From: Camelus dromedarius
Taxonomy: Eukaryota
Direction of reading: 5' to 3'
DNA: 64,000 nt
Assembly (NCBI RefSeq): GCF_036321535.1
Contig: NC_087436.1
Location: 100,256,001 to 100,320,000 of the forward strand
Below, in pieces: positions 13,095 to 26,580 of the stretch. Each line of letters begins with the position of its first letter. Position 1 is the stretch's first letter. The notes below the pieces were generated by a model. The model had not been told where the DNA came from. It worked only from the letters and a program-made list of their open reading frames with translations, and ran no database searches. Made by a program: the position numbers and the translations under genes.

Positions 13095-13640
13095 GATAAT
13101 CGTCAGTTAACCAAGATGATCTTATTGCTTCATTCAGCTTGAGCAAACGTCAGACAGGTTTCTGGACCCTGACCTTTTTCTTGGAGAAATTTCTTCAAAC
13201 AGTGTAGAACTATAGAATTTTTCTCTGCACCTTTGAGATGTAAATCTTTTGGAAAAGCCTCTGGCCAGTTTCACAACCCATGAAGGTCTTTCTCAAGGAT
13301 CAGGGAAGGATCCTTTTGAAAAATAATCATTAAGGAAGTTAGGAAGATATGCCTCTGTTCTCCCAGTCTCTGTGGGAGGGTAGGAGCCTAACTTTCACAA
13401 GAACCAATTAGCAAACACAGATGGCCTAATCATATTGACCAGTCTCCCCATGAATGTCCTCCAGTACTTTTCCACGAGGTCACCTCAGTGCTTAAAATCT
13501 CTCCTGCCTTTGTTTCATCAGAGTTGAATTTAATTTCTCTACCAAATTGCAAGAGCATTGACCGCTGTTGCAATAGTCTTGTATAAAGTCTTCCTTGAAT
13601 CTTTAACTCTATCTGGTACAATGTGTTCTGTTTTGTTTTG
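13095..13640 (+). mobile_element. MER31-like ERV1 LTR
   Basis: 'ctctgtgggagggtaggagcctaact', 'ccaattagcaaacacagatggcctaatcatattgacca', 'cctccagtacttttccac', 'ttgcaatagtcttgtataaagtcttcctt' resemble the MER31 consensus (from recall). Confidence 0.75.
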
Positions 13641-16127
13641 TTTTTGGCATAATCATAGGTCAAATGATGCTTCCTATTAAAATATGATCCCAAAGTGGGT
13701 TTCTCAAGCCTCATTTCAGGCAATTAAGACTTGTTTGAGCAAAGCTTCTATGTAGCTATAATTTTTATGGCTGAATAAATCTTATGTTTACAATCTTTAC
13801 ATTCATAAGTGTAAAATTCTGCTTAGGGTCATTTTATGTGATGAATATGACCTTTTAGAAATTTCAGGAATGATAAAAGAGTAAAATAAATTCTCTGAAT
13901 AGTGTCAGTAAACCAAGGTTAAAAATGGATGCTATAATTGGGAATAGTGTACATTTGCTTTTGCTCTGCAGGTCACTGCTCAAGCTGGTAGGTGATCAGA
14001 TCCGTTGTTGATTTGTTGATCAAAAATTGGCACTTGCTTACACAGCATAAGGAAAAAAGGCATGTACATCTTGAGTTTAAGAAAATTCAAAGTGAAAGTT
14101 AATTCAGCCTAATTACTCTGGAAAAGTCTTCTTTGGAAGACCAAGTATTATATAATTGAGAATTCTTAATTTGTCTCTTTTTAGAATTCAGTTGAATATG
14201 TTCAATTTTTAAGTGTTACATTCAACTTCATCTGTATAGTTATCTTTAATGTTTAATACTTAAGGAAATTTTTTTATAAAGGACTAAATACAAAAGGTAC
14301 TGCTTGCAGGTTTATTTTAAACTATATTGTAATAATTGGTGTTAAAATTTGTGGAATAGAATGACCGTATCTGGTTCAAACACAGATATGCTGTAGGCCA
14401 ATGTATTATTTACTTATCATAAAAAATAAATGTTAATTTATTCTCAAAACTGATCAGTATATCATTAGAAGTTGAAAACTGCTCAAAAGTGAAGAAGAAG
14501 CAATTCTTTTGGAAGTCTTGTCTACTTATACCATCAGAGCAGATTTAAGGAGACTATTGCATATCTAGAAACAAGAAATTCTTCTCTAGGTCTTCCATCA
14601 ACTTCAACAGATGCAGCTAACCCAACTGGAAAACTAGCAGTGGTGCTTTCCTTTCCTTCATCTCGAGAGGATTGCTAATTTTCTGATCCTAATTTCTTAA
14701 AGTGTTTCAATTATTTAAAAATGGATAGTCTATCTTATTCTATGACAACACTATAAAAATTGAAGTGTAGGTAAACACACTTGATATTATCAAGAAACTA
14801 CTTTCAAAATGACAAAGATGACATGATATTTCTTTATATTTAGGTAACTGCAACATTCACAGTCTGTGATGATAAAGTTGCAGTGATTACCTTAGATTTC
14901 TTCTGGAAAGACAGACTTTAGTACAAGAAGGAAAATGACAAGTACATACATTTGATGGTAAGGATATGGTCAACAAGTGAACAGGATTATGATTCTCACC
15001 TGTGATCAGTTGACACTACTTTAGGCAAGAGGGTATTCTTTGTGGAAGTTGGAGAGGTTTCTGAAGGATTGGGTTATAAATTCTCCATGGCTAGCTGAAA
15101 AATTAGATTGTGAACATGGGAAATTTAAGTGTTGCAGACCATCTTTGGTCCCTTGAAACCCAGGACAGCATCAAAATCTGAGAAAATAGTTCACAGAATA
15201 TACTTTGTGTAGGCAAAAATCTACATTTTCTGTTGTGCCTAGTTTAGGCTCAGCAAGTTCAAAACTCACCCCATTTAAATATTACATATTCTGTAATAAG
15301 TTTACATCCTATGAGTAGAGATAATTGACAAAATTTGGTCTATTGTGAGTTTTTTCCCACAAAATACAGTAACTTTTACCACAACCGGTACGGACCAAAC
15401 AAAAACACATGATTCACAATCATTTAAAAAAATGATGTTCTATTTTGTTTAATAAATGCGCTCTTTATTGTTTTACATTGCTGACTGTACATTAAATGTG
15501 TGGTAAATACCCTCTAACTGCTGACATCTCAGCACCCTGAACCAAAGAAGGCGTTACATCTTAGCATTGAATAAAGGGACTAAGCTTCAGTCATCAAATG
15601 TGGGTTACATGGAAATGAATAATGACGTTGACACCTAAGTCTAAATGGAATACAAATGCCAGCAGTAGATTCTGAAATATTAGAAATTCAAGGCAAATAC
15701 CAAATATTTCACCTGGAAGCCAACTTTGCACTCAAATTTGGGCTAAATTCTCTTTTATCTGTCATAATACCCTCTACGTAGCAACACTTTTCCATCGACC
15801 ACATTCAATTCACTTTATTAGTGTCTATGTAACCTACTTTCGATTCTATACACCTTAAGGAGAAAATTCATGTCTTTTAATTTTTGATATACCTTTAATC
15901 AGGATCTGGCACAAATAATGCACACAATTAATAACGACTGAGCTATTTATTCCTCCTTCCTAGTTACTCAGTTTTGGTCAAATTCTTGTCAATTACTATG
16001 CTCTACTGCATGTTGTACTCCAGAAAGTGAAGGGACTTGAACACTCACAAAACAAATATCAACATAAACCTTAGGAGAGTAGCTAAACGTGAGAGAAACA
16101 TCTAAGAATTAATATGGGGGTAGCCTT

Positions 16128-16147
16128 AAACAAACAAACAAACAAAC
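16128..16147. repeat. (AAAC)5 simple repeat
   Basis: Seen directly. Confidence 0.9.
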
Positions 16148-16502
16148 AACCTAAAAGCAGGGCTCAGACAGATGAGAGTGTGATGGGAGGTGGTGACTAT
16201 GGGCTAGGGAATGTAGGCTAGAGTTCTGGAGTTCAAGGGTGTGAAAGGCATCGTATGAAGTGGAGAGGATTGGTGAGGAGCTCCGGCCTGGAGTCTCAAA
16301 GTACACTTATATGGATTACTTTTTTAATTGCAAAGCAATTAAAGGGTAGCTTTGCAATAGATAATCCTTCTGGAAGGCCCCACCTAAATCAAAGGATCTA
16401 AGTTAAAAGCGTAAGTACTAGGATAAATTAAAATTGGCAGCTAGTTGTTCTAATGCAAGGAGAAAAACACAGCACCTTTTCTCTGACACATTTTGCTAGT
16501 CT

Positions 16503-17099
16503 TGTTGGGGTAGAATAGGTTCTTGCCTCACCCAGGAAAGAATCCAAGAGCAAGGCATGGTCAAGTAAAAGTAAGTTTATTTAGAGAGACACACATTCTA
16601 TGGACAGAGTGCAGTCTGTCTCTCTCAGAAGGGAAAGTGGCTTAGGAGATACACACTCCACAGGCAGAATGTGGGCCATCTCAGAAAGGTGAGAGGGAGA
16701 GAAGCTGAGAGGTGTGGGGTGTTTAAAGTAGATACACACTCCATAGACAGAGTGCAGGCTGTCTCAGAAGGTGACAGCGACAGAGCAAGCGAGAGTGGCC
16801 ATGAGGTGCGGAGTCGTTAGGTTTTATGGGCTCTGTAATCTCACATGCTAATGAGTAGGTGGATTATTCCAACTACTTTGAGGAAGGGGCGAGGATTTTC
16901 AGGAAATGCCCTCCCCTCCCACTTTGACCTTTTACGGTCAGCCTAGGAATTGTCATGGCGCCTGTGGGTGTGCCATGAGGCTCAAGGTCTACTGGAAGTC
17001 AAATCTTTTGCCATCTTGGTTCTGATCAGTTTGTCCTGTCCTCGACTGCTGTGTCATTCCTTCAATGGTTGTGGCCTGCCCCCTTTTCCTTCCATTTCA
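16503..17099 (-). mobile_element. Solo ERV1-type LTR with internal tandem units
   Basis: TG...CA termini, minus-strand AATAAA at 16576-16581, three related ~45-bp units at ~16585-16775, 'gccatcttgg' motif typical of ERV1 LTRs. Confidence 0.8.
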
Positions 17100-17560
17100 T
17101 TATGAGGAAGTATGCACGACAGACCCTAGCTGAATGCCATTCTTCAAAATAACTGGCTTATAATATTAAAAATGATCAGGATCCTGGGTTGGGTTGGGAG
17201 AAAAATGGATAAGGGATACTTTGGGGAAAATTGGGAAATTTTGAAACATTTTCAGTTAGACAACATCATGATATCAATATTAATAACTCCCTTATGTGTA
17301 TAATGCTATTGTAATCACGTAGCTGATTGTCCTTATTCATAGGAATTAGGGGCTGAAGGTTTTCAAACGTTTGGATTGAAAAAAATCAGGGAGAGAGGAA
17401 GGAGAGGGAAAGAGAGCAGGGAGAGAAGGATGGAAGAGGTAACACAGTGTGGCAGATGTTAACGATAAATGACTTATGTGAATCATATGGTATATAGAAA
17501 TTACCCTCTACCTTCTCGTTTTCTGGAGAATTGATATTTTTCATAATAAAATGTTTGAAA
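17100..17560 (+). mobile_element. Ancient L1M (L1MC/ME-type) 3' UTR fragment
   Basis: 'ggatcctggg...ttggggaaaattgggaaattt...atatcaatattaa...gattgtccttattcatagg...gtggcagatgttaac...tttcataataaaatgtt' is a typical old L1 3' end. Confidence 0.65.
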
Positions 17561-18240
17561 CTTTATCAACATGTGAGTTGCCTATTTAAAACAATGCACA
17601 GTATATTCACTGCTATTCATATTTCCAACTATGTCCACTTTAAAAATCTTGTAAGAATTCACATTCATATGCCTCCATTAAAACATGTGTTTTCTTCTTC
17701 TCCATCAGGGCTATTTATATATATATTCATAATTTTTCCGAACAGAAATTGCTATTTGTCTAACACTGATCATTGTAATGTCATGTACATTTATGATGCT
17801 ATTTCAATAAATAAAATAATGCTCACTTCGTTACACATTTTATTGCCCTCCACTAAAATAAAATAAGCATTTAGAACTGATGTTTCATATAAATATTGGT
17901 TGCATATTTATTTATTATCTTTGTCATACATTCATAATAACATATTTTATTCTACATTTCATGACATTTACTTTTATAATCTGACAAATCACTTCAATTA
18001 ATCTATGAAATATTCATAACTGCTATATAGCCAGGAAAAAAAACCCCTATATTTCAGAAGTGTTTCACATTTTTTAAATTTCCCTGTTAGAAAAATTGAT
18101 AGGACTAATTTCAGAAGTCTCTTTTCCTATAAAAATAAACGTTTCATACAGTTCTCTGACCCTTTTTCACACAGCTTGGGCTTTGGAGAATATTCCTCGA
18201 GTATTTTATGAAAGGCGGGAGCAGGGAGAATTCATCTTCT

Positions 18241-18470
18241 CTGGTAGATTGCAAATACGGCTGCAGTTCTTCACTCATCCTGGCCCTTCATCCTTTACAT
18301 TCTGACAATATGTTTTCCTTAGTTTAAAAGGCTAAGTCTATTTTCCCATCTCTTGAATCTGGACTGGCTTTGTAAGTTGCTTTGGCTGATAAAATACGGC
18401 AGAAGGAATTGCACGCCCATCCAGAAGCGAGGCCCCCAGAGGACACGTGTGCTTCCCTGGGAGCTACCTC
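18241..18470 (+). mobile_element. MaLR LTR (MLT1G/H-like), 5' part
   Basis: 'tggtagattgcaaatacggc...agtctattttcccatctcttgaatctggactggctttgtaagttgctttggctgataaaatacggcagaag' matches MLT1G/H. Confidence 0.75.
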
Positions 18471-21333
18471 GCCAGAGAAAACTAAAACATTGTGAAGGCT
18501 GCCATGTTTCGACAAAGTAACACCAGCATGGTCAAATATTAACATCCAAAGCTGTCAGCATATTTTGATTCAATGTCATTTTTCATTGCTTTTTCATTTT
18601 TCACAAGGGTCTTTTTATGTCTAAATATTATAATTTCTGTTTTATAGACTGCATATTAAATCATAAGTACATCTTAAGAAAACCAAGCTGATGCTGCCTA
18701 TCTTAGACTTTACCACATCCGATATTTCCTCCAAATGATTTATATATATGTATATAAATAAGATATATTTACATATAAAATAATATACCAATAAATATAT
18801 ATAAATGATATTTACAATATAAATATAATAGTATTTTAAGTGTTATCCCAAAAGGGAAAAGGAACAGATCTCAGTTCTTATCATACTTGAAAGATAAGTT
18901 TACAGATGGGAGATGGTATGTTGTGTAGTGAAAGATTGTAAAGGATTTATTTATCAGTGGTCTTTGTTTGCCCCTTCTCTTATACTATTGCTTTGAGGTG
19001 GTCTCTTGATTGACTGACAGCTCCTGCCCCTGAAATGCTTAGTCGTGCGTGTCCCCTTTGCGCTTGTCCTTACCCATGATATACACAGAAAAACCCACGG
19101 GAGGGCCTAAACCGCAATGTGAATTGCATTACCGTGAGCACTGGGTCATGTCCCGTTAGGTCCTTCTCACTATCATGCAGTTGCGGCTGTCCGGTTCTGA
19201 CCTGCTTCTCTCTGGCACTCGTTTAGAGGAAGTAAAGCCCTTTTATGCTGGAGGTGGGCATAGCACCATCTTCCAGACCATCCTCCCTCTCCTCCACCTA
19301 TCTGCCTGGTGCCCCCACTTATCTAAATACCTAACATATGGATTATATATTATATGCTAATTTTAGCATATAAATGACATTATATAAAAATATATAATGT
19401 AGAAATAAAATTTATTTATATATAAAATTATTTGCCTATATAAACCAAAGCACACACATAAGTAGAGAGAGACATGGGGAGAATAAATCTATATTTAACT
19501 AATTCTGTAATAAGCTCAGGGCCACCGGAATAAGGTATCCCACAAGTTGCATTTAGCTTTCTTTGCAAAAGGGCTCAAAACCTTTAAAGGAATATTTTTC
19601 CCTCACTGGAGAAGATAATGATAACTAGGAAATATGCTTTCTTGATGAGCTAATGTTGTATTATTATTTCTTGGCTCATTTTAGTGTTTTCTTTTTAAAT
19701 TCCCCTGTTCTTTTTAATTAAATGAGTTAAGAAAAAAAAAATGTGCTGAGGTAGAAGCAAAAAGTAGCAATAATCTCACTTTCCAGGTGGAATTCTTTGC
19801 TGCCATGGCTCTAATAAACTGTAAAACTCCAAAGAAGCCATTAATCTTCATAAATTAACATGGACCAGTTTGTGAAGTAAAAAAAGAAACTTGGCTTAAT
19901 AAGGCCAAACAATTCAGCAAAGATAAATAAGTAAAAAAACATTTACTTTAAAAATATCTACATGACTGACAAAATAAGCTTAAAGCCACATATTTTTGAC
20001 AATGTAAAAAGAAATTAAACAGGATGTAGAATTGTTATCATTGCTAATCTGTGTTTACTGAAGAGGTTTCAGAGGGTTGAATTCTCACAATTTTGCATAT
20101 TTAAATAGGGCTTTTTTACATCAGCTTCTGGGAGTTGATGAGAAGGAGCAAACCTAGTCTCATAAGAAATAACGAGAAACTGTGGTTAGTTTTTTCTGAG
20201 CTCCTGCCTTTCTAGGTTATAATTTTCCAATTATTTAAAACTACTTTTGATTAATGCTGTTTGGAATTAATGAAAGCCATTTAATGAAGCTTATTTAGGA
20301 ATGATTTTCACAAACTGCTACTTTTATTGGGAAAATTTCTGCTTGACATTTTGTGTTTTGACTGGCATTTTCTTGTTGCCAGCTGTCATAAAAAGGACTG
20401 CAACACATGCCGTTAGCAGCATATGCCTTTTTGGGTGCTGAATAGCATTTTCATACAAAAAAATCAAATGATCCATAACATATTATGCTGTCATTTGAAA
20501 ACAGCATCAGAAATGAAACATTTTTCATGCCTGTAATATATTTTGTTCCCCAAGGCTTAATCCAGCATTTCCTCACTACTTTTGAAAATGTAATGTGGTG
20601 AACGTTTATTCTTTTAATTGACACTATTAAGATTTTCAAAATTTTCTATTTTTTTATAAGTAGAGATGGTAAAAATACATTTAGAAGGTTTAGTATATTC
20701 TGTTTATTTTGCTAGTGTTTACTTAGCTCTCTTTTCCTCACAAATACTTTTTTAAATACTTATTATGTGTCAGTAATTACATATACTTAACGCATGGAAA
20801 TGACATCTAAAGGCTATTTTATATACTTTGGGTTGGATCTCACTTAACAGAATATATGCAAATAAATGCAAAATATTTAGTAATAGATTAAACCATATGG
20901 TTTAAAATGCATTATTAATTCAACTTATTTTGCTATGTATTACATATCACATAACAATTTAAATTTAAGTTATAGAAATATCACTAAAATCTTTTAAAAA
21001 ATGGTTTGAAATTAGTAAAACCCTTTTCCTAGTTACTCTTCAAACTTTTTTTCCCTTTGTGCCGTACTTTATTATTCTCATAGATGTAACAGCTTAAATT
21101 AGTTCAAATGATGTAATGATTAAGAAGTTCCTTGATTTACAAGTTTTTTTTCCTGGGAAGTTTTATAATCTCTTAGATAACATTTGGATGCTTTCAACAA
21201 ATACAAAATACTTACATATTTCATTTACATTCATTTTTAAAGGGCAGTCTTTAAGCTTTTGATATCATAATGAAATGTAATTTATTTAATTTTCTTTTTT
21301 CTATTTTACCTAACAATCTCTAGAAAACCAATG

Positions 21334-21354
21334 TTTTTTTTTTTTTTTTTTTTT
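21334..21354. repeat. Poly(T)21 tract
   Basis: Seen directly; no recognisable retroelement body adjoins it. Confidence 0.9.
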
Positions 21355-24300
21355 CTGAAGAATGGTCTATGTTTGTTAGGCAAAAATGCAGCTGAGCATA
21401 TGATCACCTCTGTTCTATATTTCTGAACGATGATGACTAAGAACATGTAATAAGTTGTATAAAAATATCTGATCTGTGCATTTTAATTTATTTTTGTTAA
21501 AGCAGGAGATATGCCTTAGTAACTAATTTCTTACTATCTCTTTCTTCTCAGTACCTGCTTTGGTCCCTAGGACAAAAATGCTGAATGTTATGTGAAAGAT
21601 TAGATGTGTGAATGAGAGAAAGAATTCATAAATATATTAGACAATTTTGGAAAGCTCATTGTTTACTGCATGAAAATAGTAGATATAAAAACATCATTAA
21701 TGTTAAGTATTAACACTGTAAAGCTAACTGTGACTACTGAGAATCATGTGGTTCTTGGAGGCACTTTACCCATCAGATCACTTCAAAATGGGCAGTTCGA
21801 AACCCAGTCTCAGTCTGAAATGGAAGTTGCTTTTGGGCATCATCTAAATAGGTTTTGATCGGGTAGTCAAGGTGCTTACTCTTCAGCACCAGCATTGGAG
21901 AACGTGAAATTTTAAGTCCTCATTAGAACACCAGAAATTTTCCAAGCTGTGTCTGGAGTGTGACTTGAAGCAAAGATAAAGCAAGCTTGTTTTCAGCTTT
22001 GAGAACATATGTGTTTCAAATTGGTGGATCCCTTATTAAAAATAGCTTTTACCACATGAAGATACATAATTCAGAAATGTGATATGTGTTAGTATGTCAA
22101 GATGCTACCAGCACGACTGTGGTTATCATTCTTTTAAGAAGAGAGATGGGAAGTAAGTTTGAAGTGTAGGTTGAGAAACTTACCTTAAATATCTCATGAC
22201 AAGACGATTAGGTGGTTTAAGTACTTTGGTCTGGGTTTGTCAGAGAGGAAATGGTACAGATAAAATAAATTGAACCTAGAAAGTGTTTAACTGAAGGTAT
22301 CATTGAACAGGCATTTGGTTATAAATCAAAATCATTTATCTTTCATGAGAAAAATTTTGTTTCCCTTGAAGCAAGGCTGTTTTACACCAAAACACTCCAC
22401 CCAAAGTACACTCATCTCTACTATTTTGTTGGTTGCTATCTAAGGTTATGGCATGTTACCAAAGAAAAGGAGACCAGTAATGAAATTAGATAAAATGACA
22501 AAAGTGCTTGTGAGTGAAACATCTAATGCAAGACAAAATCATCTTTGAAATAAATAATTTACATGATAGTTAAATTTGGTACATATGGGATCAGTTATCT
22601 GATATCCTAAAGCAATGCTCTCACACATTACCTGAAAGCAGTTCAGTATAGATTATATGGTAAATTTTGGATTTAGTATGAATCGAGGTTTATTTTGAGC
22701 ATTGAAGTTAATTTAAATTAAAAAGTTAAAGAGTGACAAGGTGATAAGGGATTTTTTAGTATAATAATTATTTAGCAGTTATTGTCTATGTGTATCTATA
22801 TGCATCACTGAGTATAAAGAAACCAATTTCTTGCCTATCTTTAAGGAAGTACATTAAACTGAAAGAGAAAAATGTTAAATGTTAAATTGAGGTTATCATC
22901 TATCACTTTGTTTGAAAAAGAAAGGTGCTATATATCTTTCAAAAGTTATGAAATCCATCATTTTGCATCCAGTTGTCACCTATGGATTAAAAGAGAGAAT
23001 CATTCTTAATTAAAATAGTTGTAAAATAGGACGGCTTAGGCAACATGGGCTAGCTTGAAGAAAATACGGAACATTTAGTGAGAACATGAGCTGGACATTT
23101 CTAAGAACATTTGATTTAACTGGAAAGAGAAAAAAATGACAATTAGCATCTGCCCATTTATTTATTTTTTTCTTAAATATTCACTGAGGTTTTCAACAGT
23201 AACAGCTTTGGTAAAATAAAAGTAAACATATGAACAAAAGCATGAGCAACCAATGACGAATGCATTTTTCAAGGGGGTACTAAGACCAAATTGCCCCAAA
23301 TAAGATCTAATTGTAATAATAAAAGAAATGAATTTTTAAAAGATTTTTTAGCAGTCAGCCTTTGTCTTAATTTCAGATGATGGAAAAATATTGAGATCTA
23401 AGAAGAGGTACTATTAGACTCTTTAAAAAAAGGAGTAATACTATTAATCTACTTGTCATTTGTGAAATTTCACTATGGGAAATTCATTCTCATTTATTCA
23501 TTCTCATTAATTTATGATGAAACTATCTTCTGGAAATTGTGAATACATCTGTATCTCAATTTTTTTGTCCTGAAGTTTATGCCTTTTGCCAAGGGTTGGT
23601 GTACAAAACACACATAAGATGTAAGATAGATAAGAGAAAATTTTTGAGATATACACACACACACACAGAGGATATATAAGATATAAGATACAGAAAGTAT
23701 GTAACCTATGTGGACTGTTTGGTTCACCATGTGACTTTAGCACTGATCATATATCTGAATATTTAGAGAGAACCATAATAAATTGAGAATAATTACCATT
23801 TTTTTCTTAAATCATTCGGCACACAAGCATGAACAGGTGTCACAAAATGTACAGAGACATGTAGAGCCAACGTGTAAGTCTTTCAGGAAAGAGACTTCTC
23901 CGCACCCTTCCAATTTCACAGATGTCCTAGGAAAATTCTGCAAGACGCCTTCCTTAAGCTTAGTGTTACCTGGCACCTCGGGCTGTTGCCACTGCTGCCA
24001 GGGGTCCTACCAACCAGGCAGCACGCCATGAAACAGATGGGCACAAATATAAGGCACCAAAATATAAATCCTAAAGATGAAATATGTGTTTCTAAGGCTT
24101 GTCGTCTGAGGCAGGCACACTGATGTGACCCGTATGCATGGATGAAGTACCTTCAACAGGGTCAAGTGCAACTTACCTTTAAAGGAAGCCAAGACTAAGA
24201 AACAAAGTAAATTATAAAACTACTTTTTATATGATGCAATCTTATGGCCACAAGTTACACCTTAGTTCTCAGGGTACCAACAGCATCGTCCTTCTTTCAC

Positions 24301-26354
24301 ACTTTTCATTAATTATTTTGCCAAATAATTCATTATTGTTTATTAAGGAGTGCCTTCATTGTTCCTTTTTTTCTTTCCATTTCTTCTCATGCCTGTATTT
24401 CTTACTCACTCTTGCTCTATCTAACTTATAAAGCATAATACCAAAAATACCACTCTTCTATACAAACATTGGGTTTTTTTTTTGTATAGACTATAGTCTG
24501 TATGATAAACCTAAACTTTTATTGCAATCCAGCTCCAACAGGTGGGAATAGCTAGTGTGCTATGACTTAGCAAACTCTTAACACAACCAGAGAATTTCTA
24601 CCCCTTCTACTCTGGGAGTTTTCTTATTTACTGCTTGGTTACTGTTGTTTCCCATCTTTAGGTCCAACTCACATGCCATTTTTCTTGGCCAAAATAACTC
24701 ATCACTTTTCTTTTGATTCTCATTGCATTTTTGTTAGAGTAGCAACAATAATTCCTATTTCATTTTGCTTTATATTATAAGTGGTTTTTTTTTAGAACCT
24801 CTTTCTGCAGTCAAAGAATAATTTTATTCTAACAAGGAAATTGTTCATTTCAAACTTAACAGTTTTAAAATTATAAGGCAGAATGTTGGTGTGTGTTAAC
24901 TATTCTATGTGGAAAATCTCATAAGATTTTCAAACATGGAATTTCAGGACTACAAGAGTCTCTCAAAAGATTTGATAAGCACATTCATTAATTTGAATTA
25001 GTATTGAAATTGACTGAGGGATAAAAGTCAATCAAGTACATTCATGAAGGTAATATATTTTAGCTTGACCATTAAGTATTTGTTTGATTTTTTAGCATAG
25101 AATTAAAAACACCCAAATTAGGAAATAGAAAGATATCTACGAAATGTACAGTAATAAAAAGTAAGTAACTTATTTTCTGGCAAGCATAACAATGAAGTTA
25201 AAAGGAAGAAAAATTGAATAGTTTACTACATGCAACTAATTAATGAAGTCACTAAAATGTTGCGCTACGCTTTATAAACCTGTAGCTGAAAATTCTCAAC
25301 TACTGAACAAGAAAAACATATGCTATTTATTACTTTTATGTATCTTTTCTATATATTATCTCATGAATTTTGACAATAAAAAAGAGGTAGAAAATGCTTT
25401 TCCATGTCACAGTTGTGGAACCAGCATCCATAACAGAGTCAGTATTAATGAGTTTACACACCTGTCCTGCCTCAGCATAAAATCTAGCCTCCAATCTATG
25501 GTCTAGTTTTAATAAGTTCCAACAAAATTTTTCAGCCCTGCAATTTTGTGAAGCTGTGTTTTCAGTTGGCCTCCAATTCTTTTCTGTGAGTGAATAAACA
25601 ATTATTTTACATCCCATTCCAAAATATATTGAAATAACAATCCTACTCAAAATATTTGAGCTATGTAAAAAGTATTAGCTTTTAATTTTTTAATGAACAA
25701 AATAGGTGGCAGTACTTAAATACTCTGTATATTTTAGGATGTGAAATTCTAAGTCAGTTGCCAAATTGGTGACTCTTCAGTGATTCCTGCAAACATGAGT
25801 GACTTCCTGCAGAAGCATCTATAATACTTATACAAAAATTATTCCTAATATTATAATTTCAGCTCAGATGTTTAAAATTTGAATTCTAGAATACATATGT
25901 TTGGGGGCATAAAAATGACACTCACTTCAAAAAAATATCAGTTAAAAATAAGCAGAAGGAATAAGGTGGCTTTTTTCATGAATGACTATATATGGTTACA
26001 TGAAGGGGGATAAAAGTAAATAGTGAGTTGAGAAAAAAAAATACTAGAAGACATTGAAGACTCAAAGGTAGTGACCTTATAGAAAGCAGAAGGGACTAGC
26101 AGTAGACATTATTCCCACTACCAGACCGCAAAGAGCTTAATTAAACACTGCCATCAAATAACCACTGAAAATGTGCATGATTTTTCCCTCTTGAATTACA
26201 AGTATTTCAAAAAATTTTATATATATATTTCAAACATGTTAGATTGGCAGAAAGGCAGTATCTTTTAAATTGAAAATTACAGCATCCTGAAATAATGAAT
26301 GAACAAGTGAAACAATGAGTGGAAACAAGCATTAGTAGTCACTTTCCATTAGGA

Positions 26355-26580
26355 ACTGCTTACTAAATAGTAAGCACTATACCGAGGGCATTAAATATGT
26401 TCATTCACCTAATTCTGCAACTAGTCTGTGAAGATAGTAACAGCCACATACTCCCACATCTACATGCTGCAAATGAAAGAACAGATTCAGAGAGTTCAAG
26501 AAGTGTGCTCAGGGAAATTTGTCTAGCGAATTGGAGATTCAAAATATTAACTCAGATTTACTGATTCCCAAACTTTCACC
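26355..26580 (-). mobile_element. MIR SINE
   Basis: 'ttcacctaattctgcaactagtctgtgaagatag...tgcaaatgaaagaacagattcagagagttcaagaagtgtgctcagg...actcagatttactgattcccaaa' is the MIR core in reverse orientation. Confidence 0.7.

Noticed and set aside
14470..14680. Purine-rich stretch that looked like a decayed coding sequence
   Set aside because: The frames I translated contain stops and resemble no protein I know, so I cannot call a pseudogene.
16323..16358. Two mutually exclusive short hairpins (tttaattgc-aaa-gcaattaaa; attgcaaagc...gctttgcaat)
   Set aside because: 9-10-bp AT-rich stems are expected by chance in 64 kb of AT-rich DNA.
21882..21900. TTCAGCACC, the left half of a REST/RE1 site
   Set aside because: The right half (GGACAG) is absent.
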